From: Tubiluchus corallicola
Lineage: Eukaryota; Animalia; Priapulida
Length of the DNA stretch: 64,000 nucleotides
Direction: 5' to 3'
NCBI GenBank assembly: GCA_030141605.1
Contig: JAQGDQ010002388.1
Coordinates: 170,452-234,451 of the forward strand
The notes beneath the pieces are model-generated. The model had not been told where the DNA came from. It saw nothing but the letters and a program-made list of their open reading frames with translations, and searched no databases. The position numbers and the translations under genes are program-made. Positions 52,595-61,300 of the stretch are shown piece after piece (position 1 is the stretch's first letter; each line of letters begins with the position of its first letter).

Positions 52595-53134
52595 CTAATC
52601 ACTTAACACTTTCTTAAAGCCACTTACACGATTCGTTTCTCCTGGTGTTTCTTCTGAATCACCCAAAAAACCATCTTGATTTTCATTCGTAGAAAAATCG
52701 CTCTGTTCTTCCGTATTATCTGAAACATCTTCATGGTTCTCCACTTTAAAAGAGTTTTTCTTTTTCCGTTTACTTTCTTTCCGAGCGTCTTTCCGAGAAA
52801 GTGTTTCATTAGGAAAAGTTGACTTATCTAAAATTGTTGCAACTAAAGCTCTCTGTACTTTAATTTTAACATCATGGGCAATCTCAACTGTCAAAATAGC
52901 ATCAGAAACTTTGGTAACTTCCCCTATAATACCACCTCCTATAACAATTCTATCCCCTCGTTTAATCGCACCCAACATCAGCTGATGTTGTTTTTGGCGC
53001 TTCACTTGAGGGCGAATTAAAAAAAACCAAAAAACAAAAAAGATTAGTATTAACGGAAATAAGCTCGCAAAAAAGCCTCCTGTTCCTGCAGCTCCCATGC
53101 CAGCATCTTGAGCAAACGCATCAGAAAAAAACAT
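52595..53134 (-). CDS. yajC: Preprotein translocase subunit YajC with charged C-terminal extension
   Basis: FWFFLIRPQ, GDRIVIGGGIIG; upstream of secD. Confidence 0.92.
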   Translation of the reverse strand: MFFSDAFAQDAGMGAAGTGGFFASLFPLILIFFVFWFFLIRPQVKRQKQHQLMLGAIKRGDRIVIGGGIIGEVTKVSDAILTVEIAHDVKIKVQRALVATILDKSTFPNETLSRKDARKESKRKKKNSFKVENHEDVSDNTEEQSDFSTNENQDGFLGDSEETPGETNRVSGFKKVLSD

Positions 53135-53288
53135 ATCTTACTCCTCAATTTAATGGTTACTACAATTTCAGTAAAAACAGAATTATAAATCCGGTTCACA
53201 ACTGTACAAGTTTTATTTACTATTGTCTCTAAAAATTTACAATTTTTGATGCTTTTCATAAATTTTTAAGTATTCAAAATTATATTTC

Positions 53289-53317
53289 TTGATTTATGAA
53301 GCCTTAAACAGTATAAC
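53289..53317 (+). promoter_or_regulatory. Putative sigma-70 promoter of rpmE
   Basis: TTGATT-N17-TATAAC about 40 nt before the ATG; AAGGAG SD. Confidence 0.55.
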
Positions 53318-53356
53318 TCTCTATTCTAGGAAAGCATTCTTTAGAAGGAGCGACTT

Positions 53357-53587
53357 ATGAAAAAAGATATTCACCCAGATTACCATAAAATCACTGTACA
53401 GATGACTGACGGTACAACATATCAGACAAAGTCAACATGGGGAAAAGAAGGTGACATTCTTCGCCTTGATATTGATCCCAAAACACACCCAGCGTGGACA
53501 GGTGTACAGCGCCTCATGGACGACAAAGGTCAGCTAGCAAAATTTAATAAACGATTCTCAGGATTCGATCTGACAGAACAGGAGTAG
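53357..53587 (+). CDS. rpmE: 50S ribosomal protein L31 (Cys-free type)
   Basis: [22 protein letters not shown]. Confidence 0.96.
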   Translation: MKKDIHPDYHKITVQMTDGTTYQTKSTWGKEGDILRLDIDPKTHPAWTGVQRLMDDKGQLAKFNKRFSGFDLTEQE

Positions 53588-53639
53588 TGTTCTTAAGATT
53601 AAGCTCATAATTTTATGAAAATCCCACAAAGAACTCCTA

Positions 53640-54533
53640 TTAGTTCCAAAGCCATGCTGCACCACGGACACCACTTGAATCACCATACATTGCTTTTAAA
53701 ACAGGCGTGACCATCTCCCTGCCAAATGTCCGGTTACATATTAATTCTTCAAGGCCTTCATAAATATATGGGACATTAGACATTCCTCCTCCTAAAACAA
53801 TCGCATCCGGATCTAACATATTAACGACCATAGCCAAAGCTCTCGATAATCTATCCTTATAGCGATCTAAAGCCAAAATAGAGAACTCATCCCCAAGATT
53901 CGCATATTCAACAATTTCTTTTCCTTGCCGCACCTGACCTGTTAGTCGTTTATAATCATTGACAAAACCTGTTCCTGAGATCCAAGTCTCAAGGCAGTTA
54001 TGTAAACCACAATAACAAAGAGGTGCAACTGCCAGCTCTTCTTCTGTAGACCAAGGTAGCGAATTATGTCCCCATTCTCCGCCAATACCATTCTTTCCAA
54101 CATGAGCATGCCCATCAACAGCAATACCAGCACCACACCCTGTGCCAATAATAACAGCAAAAACAAAATGTGCCCCTGCAGCCACTCCATCAACAGATTC
54201 CGAAACTGCAAGGCAATTTGCGTCATTAACACATCGAATAGGGCGCCCAAGCTTTATTTCAATATCACGATCAAACGGTTTTCCATTCAACCATGTCGCA
54301 TTCGCATTTTTTACAAAACCAGTAAATGGAGAAATCGTTCCAGGCATCCCAATACCAACTGTACCAGTAAGCCCCGTATTCTCCTCTGTAAAAATAACAA
54401 TATCACAAACAGCCTGAACCGTTTCCTCATACGTGCGAGGTGTTGGAATACGATGACGAAAAATAACTTTTCCCTCCTCAGAAAGAGCAACAACCTCTAT
54501 CTTCGTTCCTCCAATATCAAACCCTATACGCAT
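53640..54533 (-). CDS. mak: ROK-family sugar kinase, Mak (manno/fructokinase)-like
   Basis: DIGGTK, KNANATWLNG, NDANCLAVSE, IGTGCG, GEWGH, CYCG..NCLE, GDSSGVRGAAWLW closely follow E. coli Mak as I recall it. Confidence 0.85.
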   Translation of the reverse strand: MRIGFDIGGTKIEVVALSEEGKVIFRHRIPTPRTYEETVQAVCDIVIFTEENTGLTGTVGIGMPGTISPFTGFVKNANATWLNGKPFDRDIEIKLGRPIRCVNDANCLAVSESVDGVAAGAHFVFAVIIGTGCGAGIAVDGHAHVGKNGIGGEWGHNSLPWSTEEELAVAPLCYCGLHNCLETWISGTGFVNDYKRLTGQVRQGKEIVEYANLGDEFSILALDRYKDRLSRALAMVVNMLDPDAIVLGGGMSNVPYIYEGLEELICNRTFGREMVTPVLKAMYGDSSGVRGAAWLWN

Positions 54534-54559
54534 CTTTCAATTTTTCCTTTTCCTCTTTA

Positions 54560-55756
54560 TTATGGTTTCACACAGTCCTGATTTTTAAAAATATGTGGCC
54601 CTATCTGCGCTTGAAGAATTTTTACTTCCCCCTGATAATAACGCCAGTTGATAAAATCAGCTAAACAACCCTCATCAGGATTAATAGATTCTCCTAGAAG
54701 CTGTAATGGGTTACAGCGCGCCATTCTTAAGGCATCCTCCCAAGAATAGCCATACCATTTCATAACATTAGAAACAAGCTGTTCCATCGTTGAACAAGAA
54801 CCTGCTAAAGAACAAGGATCACCTTGGAGATGTGCCTTCTCTCTTGTACGCTCAATCGCAACATCACCAAGCGTATAACAGCCATCAGGCGCAAAAGACG
54901 CTGCTGTTCCATCTGTTGTCAAAATAGAGCGATGTAAGCCTTTAGCACGCAAATAAATCTTCAGAATATGAGGTGGAATATGAACTCCATCAGCGATAAA
55001 AGACGCTGATAAACGATCCTCGCTCAAAAGCGAAAATAACGTATTGTCATTCTTGTTCAAAGAACTAAACAAACCATTTCCAAGATGTGTACACATTGAA
55101 GCACCTGCTGCTAAAACTGATTCTATATCCATGCTAGACGCATGAGAATGGCCAATCGCCCCAATAATATCTTTAGCCTTTAAATAGGACGCGAACTCAG
55201 CAGAATTCTCATACTCTGCTGCAAATGTAACATAACGGATAGGCTTGCATAATCCTGCTGTTAATGTTTGAAATTTTTCAACAGATGGTGCACTCATAGC
55301 AGAACGGGGATGGCATCCAGAATATCCTGGTTCAGGAGATAAAAATGGTCCTTCCAAATGATAACCTAATACCATCAAAGGCCCCAAACGACTGCTCATG
55401 ACAGCTCGATCTAATGACAAAAGGCGGCAACGCATCATTTCTTCTTCCGCCGTAATAATCGTCGGAAGGCATCGAGTTGTGCCACAGGACAACATTCCTT
55501 CAAGCGCAAAATCAATCTCTGCTGCTGTCAAATCATCCCTATTAAAATCAATACCACCAAAACCATTTGCTTGAATATCTACAAATCCACCCGTTATCAA
55601 TTTTTCCTGGCCTTCGGGAGCATTCAAAGCAGCAGAAACACGTGACTTTGATATAACTTCACCCAGTTCAGAAACATGATACTGCAAATACTCTCCTTTT
55701 TTATTGGTATTACTTTGCGTAACCGTGGCAAAATCATTTTGATAAGATAATGGCAT
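54560..55756 (-). CDS. nagA: N-acetylglucosamine-6-phosphate deacetylase-like amidohydrolase
   Basis: GFVDIQANG, HLEGPFL, GHS, THLGNG, ADGVH, TD, LAGS; ORF track starts at 55786. Confidence 0.82.
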   Translation of the reverse strand: MPLSYQNDFATVTQSNTNKKGEYLQYHVSELGEVISKSRVSAALNAPEGQEKLITGGFVDIQANGFGGIDFNRDDLTAAEIDFALEGMLSCGTTRCLPTIITAEEEMMRCRLLSLDRAVMSSRLGPLMVLGYHLEGPFLSPEPGYSGCHPRSAMSAPSVEKFQTLTAGLCKPIRYVTFAAEYENSAEFASYLKAKDIIGAIGHSHASSMDIESVLAAGASMCTHLGNGLFSSLNKNDNTLFSLLSEDRLSASFIADGVHIPPHILKIYLRAKGLHRSILTTDGTAASFAPDGCYTLGDVAIERTREKAHLQGDPCSLAGSCSTMEQLVSNVMKWYGYSWEDALRMARCNPLQLLGESINPDEGCLADFINWRYYQGEVKILQAQIGPHIFKNQDCVKP

Positions 55757-55937
55757 AGAAGTCCCTTTAATTTCTTTGAAATACAATATTAATAACTATA
55801 CAAAAGCTATAAAACTATTCATAATAATAGTCAGCTGTAACATGATAATTTTTTAAATATCATAGTCAAAGCTTTCTTAAAAATATATAAATTAACCTTT
55901 AAGCAGATATACTTACCTGATAGCTATCATACACTAT

Positions 55938-56819
55938 ATGAGCTACAGGAAACTAGTTTATCATAGAAAATGCAAAGAAAATATGACTAAAAATAAAAAA
56001 GTAGCGTTTGGAACTCTTAAAAATAGCAAAATGCGAATCGCTCATATTATCGCACGTTCAGGGCTTTGTTCCCGGAGAGATGCTGAAAAAATAATAGCTA
56101 ATGGAAATGTTTCTGTTGATGGAGAAATAATCACATCACCAGCTCTCAGCCTTATTCCTCAAAATCATACAATTACCGTAAACCAAAAACCTCTTCCTCA
56201 AAAAGAACCAACAAGGCTATGGCGATATCATAAACTTGCTGGTCTGGTAACAACTCATAAAGATCCTCAAAATAGAAAAACCGTTTTTCAAACTCTCCCA
56301 ACTAACCTCCCTAGAGTTATTTCTGTTGGAAGATTAGATATCAATACAGAAGGCCTCCTTCTTATTACAAATGACGGAGAGCTCGCACGATTCCTAGAGC
56401 ATCCACAAAATGAGTGGATACGACACTATAGAGCTCGAATTCATGGCTTTCTTAGTAAAGAGCACATTTATGCTGCTACAAAGGGAATCCAAATTAACGG
56501 TGTTTATTATGGTTCTGTCTCAATACATCATGAAAAACAACAAGGAAAAAGCAATAATTGGATTACTATCTCTATGTCAGAGGGAAAAAATAGAGAAATC
56601 AGAAAAATTATGTCTTTCTTTGGCGTCCAAGTTACACGGCTAATTCGAATCTCATGGGGACCGTTTCATCTAGGAAATCTGATGCCAAACGCAATCGAAG
56701 AAGTCCCACCCAGAGTCATCCATCAACAGTTTGGTAAAACTGACCACTGGGCAAAACCAAAAAAGAAAAAAATAACCCATACCAGAAAGAAAAAAAATTA
56801 TGCGAATTATCGGGGGTAA
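55938..56819 (+). CDS. rluB: RsuA-family pseudouridine synthase (RluB-like)
   Basis: S4 domain GLCSRRDAE, VGRLDINTEGLLL, EGKNREIR; true start may be 55983. Confidence 0.85.
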   Translation: MSYRKLVYHRKCKENMTKNKKVAFGTLKNSKMRIAHIIARSGLCSRRDAEKIIANGNVSVDGEIITSPALSLIPQNHTITVNQKPLPQKEPTRLWRYHKLAGLVTTHKDPQNRKTVFQTLPTNLPRVISVGRLDINTEGLLLITNDGELARFLEHPQNEWIRHYRARIHGFLSKEHIYAATKGIQINGVYYGSVSIHHEKQQGKSNNWITISMSEGKNREIRKIMSFFGVQVTRLIRISWGPFHLGNLMPNAIEEVPPRVIHQQFGKTDHWAKPKKKKITHTRKKKNYANYRG

Positions 56820-57378
56820 ATTTAAAGGAGCAAAATTACATACACCTACAGGACAAAAAACACGCCCCAGCGCCAGCTCTTTACGGGAGTCACTCTTTAA
56901 TATACTTGTACATCAAGGTATTTTTCAAAACCCTAATCTCATTGTCGCTGATATTTTTGCGGGAAGTGGTGCATTAGGGTTAGAATCTTTATCTAGAGGG
57001 GCAAAGCACTCAATCTTTGTAGAAAAAAATACCTCTCCCTTTTTCTGTCTTCGCAAAAATATCCACGCCTTGAAAGTTGAAAACAAAACACATGCCATTA
57101 AAGCAGACGCTTGCTCTCTCCCTCTCCTACCAAAAATAAAAGATAATGAAAAACCTTCTTTACTCTTTCTGGATGCGCCCTATCAGAAAAACAAAACAGA
57201 AAAAGCGCTCTTTAGCCTCCATCAAAAAAAATGGCTAAAAGAAAAAACTCTCTGTATCGCAGAAATCAGCACAAAGGAAACACTTATTCCTCCTCAGCAA
57301 TTTATCATCATAGATCAACGAAGCTACCGTAATACAACCCTCCTCTTTCTTTTATACTACCGATCACTCATTCCTTGA
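56800..57378 (+). CDS. rsmD: 16S rRNA (guanine(966)-N2)-methyltransferase
   Basis: MRIIGG, TRP, RESLFNIL, DIFAGSGALGLESLSRGA, DAPY. Confidence 0.93.
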   Translation: MRIIGGKFKGAKLHTPTGQKTRPSASSLRESLFNILVHQGIFQNPNLIVADIFAGSGALGLESLSRGAKHSIFVEKNTSPFFCLRKNIHALKVENKTHAIKADACSLPLLPKIKDNEKPSLLFLDAPYQKNKTEKALFSLHQKKWLKEKTLCIAEISTKETLIPPQQFIIIDQRSYRNTTLLFLLYYRSLIP

Positions 57379-58022
57379 GCTTGCTTTCGTAAAACTGCTA
57401 TGCGCTCGCTATATACACCAGAAAAAATATAACTTCCAGAAACAAAGGTATCCGCACCTGCTTCCGCAACCTTGGTAATTTTCTCTTCATTAATTCCACC
57501 ATCAACTTCTAAGCGAATTGATGAATCAGAGCCTATCATTCGGCGGATACGCTGAATTTTCGCTAGTTGTGAATCTAAAAATATCTGATTACCAAAACCA
57601 GGATTAACCGTCATAACCAGAATTAAATCAACATGGCTTAAAACATAATCAATATTTCGTTCTGATGTTGACGGATTTAATGAAACACCCGCGCGACAAC
57701 CTAAATCCCTAATCCGACATAGTGTCCGATCTAAATGAACACAACTCTCTTCATGAACTGTCAGTATATCCGCTCCTGCCCGTGCAAAAGGTTCCAGAAA
57801 GTCATCCGGGTTTTTAACCATTAAATGAATATCAAACATTTTCTTTGTATAAGGCCGCAAAGCTTTCACAACTAACGGGCCAATTGTTATATCTGGAACA
57901 AAACAACCATCCATAACATCAATATGAATCCAATCTCCTCCACCTTGATCAATCGCAGAAATTTCTTTTCCAAGATTAGCAAAGTCAGCAGAAAGTATAG
58001 AAGGGGCTATAATATGACTCAT
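57357..58022 (-). CDS. rpe: Ribulose-phosphate 3-epimerase
   Basis: APSILSADF, HIDVMDG, DIHLM, MTVNPGFG, EVDGGI. Confidence 0.96.
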   Translation of the reverse strand: MSHIIAPSILSADFANLGKEISAIDQGGGDWIHIDVMDGCFVPDITIGPLVVKALRPYTKKMFDIHLMVKNPDDFLEPFARAGADILTVHEESCVHLDRTLCRIRDLGCRAGVSLNPSTSERNIDYVLSHVDLILVMTVNPGFGNQIFLDSQLAKIQRIRRMIGSDSSIRLEVDGGINEEKITKVAEAGADTFVSGSYIFSGVYSERIAVLRKQAQGMSDR

Positions 58023-58221
58023 TCTTTCTTTAATCCTCTATATCTCTTAAATAGTTCTTACAATAGTTTTAATTTATAGTAATTTGTATATATTAATAAA
58101 AATTTTACCAAAACTATAAATAGTTAGCTTTAAATAATACTATTTGATAAATAGCTCTAAATATAATAATATTATACACGCAGGGTAGCTTTCACGACAC
58201 ATAAAATAATACAAAAAAGAT

Positions 58222-58237
58222 TGGCACAACAATTGCT
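58222..58237 (+). promoter_or_regulatory. Sigma-54 (-24/-12) promoter of the giant adhesin gene
   Basis: TGGCAC-aacaa-TTGCT, exact consensus and spacing, about 63 nt upstream of ATG 58301, preceded by a long AT-rich stretch. Confidence 0.8.
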
Positions 58238-58300
58238 TCGTAGAATAACTACAAGAGAATTATGTCTAAATCTTATGTAAATCATCAATGGAGATGTATT

Positions 58301-61300
58301 ATGGTTAAAAGAACAGGCCTAAAAACCACCTTGATTAAGCTTCCCTCAGATCAAAAAACAATTGTTCTTAAAGAAAATCAGAGTTATACATTGGTTTTTG
58401 AAAATATACAACCCGAAAACATTAAAATATTTCGACAAAATGACATGTTCATTCTACGTTTTGAAGATGGACAACAAGTCATTATTAAAAATATCGCCCC
58501 TGTCCTCAATGAAGAACAAAACATCTCCTTTCAGTTTGTGAAAACAGACGGTCGTTCGGCTGACGAAATTGCAGCAATGGGCGAACAACCAATTATTCTA
58601 AAAAATATACTGGACATCCCGACAAAAGAAATCGCTGCAGGAACAAGAATTGATCCTTTTGAACTCGATCCCATAGGAGAAGGCATTCCTTTCTCAGATC
58701 TTTTGGCAATGATTGGTTTCAGTTATAGCCTCGCTTCACTTGTAGAAAAAGACGACAATTTTATAACATACCCACCAAGCACTCTTTTGGCTGGAATTGG
58801 TGAAAGTGATATGCCGGCAGGCCTGACTGAAGAAAATCTTCCCCTAGAAATAGCACGTGGAAACTCACCTGATTTAGCCGCTCTTCGAGAAAATAATTCC
58901 CGTGACATTTTCCTAAATGAAAACCTTCTGACGCAAGGGCAAGCAACCTCTACCCCTGTAACTGATGATAGTGAAGCCCCTTTACCTTTCTTACCTCTCC
59001 CTATTTTATCTATTCTCTCTAGCCAAGATCCTAATGAAGAAATTATCAGCCTCTCTCTCGTAACTGAAGGTATTCCAGAAGGAAGCTTTCTTACATGGAA
59101 TGGAGCACCTCTCTTAGATGGCGATATTCTCTCTCTCAGAACTCTAAAACGCGGCAGTAATACTTTTGAAACAATTGATGTTCCTGTCCAACTGGATTCC
59201 GAAAACAATATTTCTTTCAATAATTTACCCGATAATATAGTATTTCTATTCTCACTAAGAATAGGGCTATATCTCCCTGATGATTCAGATGAAAATTTCT
59301 CAGTCTCCTTAACAGCATCAACAGAAACCATCGATCCAATTACACTTGAGACTGTAGCCGCTAAAACAATCACACGAAATGTTGATGTTCATATAAGAGC
59401 TGTCGCGGATGAGCCCATTCTCGAAACAGCAATCGGGGAAGAAGCTCTCGTTGACGAAGAAGACGCTGAAGAAAGTAGTTTTTTTCCTTTTCCTTTCCCT
59501 ACTACCCCCCCAGATGGTGATTATTGGGAGGATGACTCCAGAAGAACAGATGACGACGGAATTACAATCCCTTTCTCTATTGCTGTTGAAAGTGGTGAAG
59601 AGGAAAAGGATGGCTCTGAATCCATTGTTGAAATAACTGTCTCCAGAAACATTTCCGGAGAGCAAACAACAGGCCTTCCTGAAATCAATTTTAGCTCTCT
59701 TCTCCTCAGTGTTATTGATGATGAAGGAACTCTTTTTGAAGATGTAACTGTCGATAGCCTAGGCGGAACGATAAGTATTGATGAAAATGGCAACTTAATT
59801 ATTACATTGCCACCAGAACTCCAAGCACAAAACGTACAAGCTCATGGATTAACATTTCAAGTTGCCTCTCATAGCGATGATGATTTTGACGTAATAACAA
59901 CAGCAAAAGTTATAGAAAATAGATTTAATGGTGACGATGATGGTGAAACACAAGAACATCTCGAAGAAACAGCATCTGCCGTAAACCATGTCGAAATTAT
60001 CGCTGTAGCCGACAAACCTCATCTCTCTGCGGAGATTTCTTTCAGTAATGATCCAAACCCATCACAATTTCCCTTTCGGATCCTTCCAGAAGAGCAAGTC
60101 GTTACTTTCGATTTTGATGTAACTTTTGATGATAGAGATGGCTCTGAAGCCCATACCCTCTATATTAAAGGAATACCAACTGATGGAAGCGGAAATCCTC
60201 TTTGGACTCCAGTCATTTCTGATGAAACTTGGCTATGGAATAGCGAAAAATCATCATGGGTTATGACTGTAGAAGATGGACAAGCTAGCGGAACTATCAG
60301 ATTTTTTACAGGTGAATGGACCGGGTTGGCATTCTTAAGAGTTATAGCTATTGCGAAAGAAGAATCCAATGAAGATATCGCGATTGCCTTCAAACCTTCC
60401 TTTGTTTTCATTAAAGAAGACATTCCTGAAATTACGAGTACAACAGATGGAACAGTCGATGAAAATGCACTTAACAACGATATTCCTATTCCTGAAGAAC
60501 CATCAACTACAACAGGAACAATAACCGTCGATATGAAAACAGATGAGCCTGCTTTTGGTGTCATTGGCGTGCATCTTATTAATCAAGCAGCTCCCACAGA
60601 TCTTACATCAGGTGGAGTTCCTGTCATCTATGATCCAATTATAACATACCCTAATGGAACCTCCTCTCTTTTTGCAAAAAAAGCTGATCCTAGTGCAGAA
60701 GTTGTCTTCCGTGTCGATGTAACATCAGAGGGAGCATGGAACTTTGAATTATTTGAATCTCTTGATCACCCACAGCTCCTTTCTTACGAAGGCAGTGATA
60801 CATTACCTTATAGATTGATTCCTGCAGGCACTCTCTACGATAATGAAGATACCCCAGCCTCAACTCTCTGGATCATACGAAATACAACAGGCCTACCTGA
60901 ATCTTTTACACTTATAGGCAATGGCGGCGAATGGTCGCACAATTTTGACGTTCCCGCAGGACATGAAATGACCATTCAAAGCCCTATCATTGAAGATGAT
61001 GCATCCCATGCACTCTTCCTTCAAGGAGAAGTAGACCCCCTTGCAGAAGAAAATGCCTCAGAAATCCCCTACGTCGATATTATAGATCTCGATTTCAAAG
61101 TACAGGCAATTGATAGTGATGGTGATACATCTAATATTGCAGAATTTACTGTCACTGTTATTGATGATATTCCAGAAGCAGCAGAAAATGAAAATATTAT
61201 TGTTTCTGAAGAAGAGCTCCCAGATCTCATACAACGAACTGGATTCCTATCCATGGATACTGGTGCTGACAATACAAATGCTATGATTACTGATGTTACA

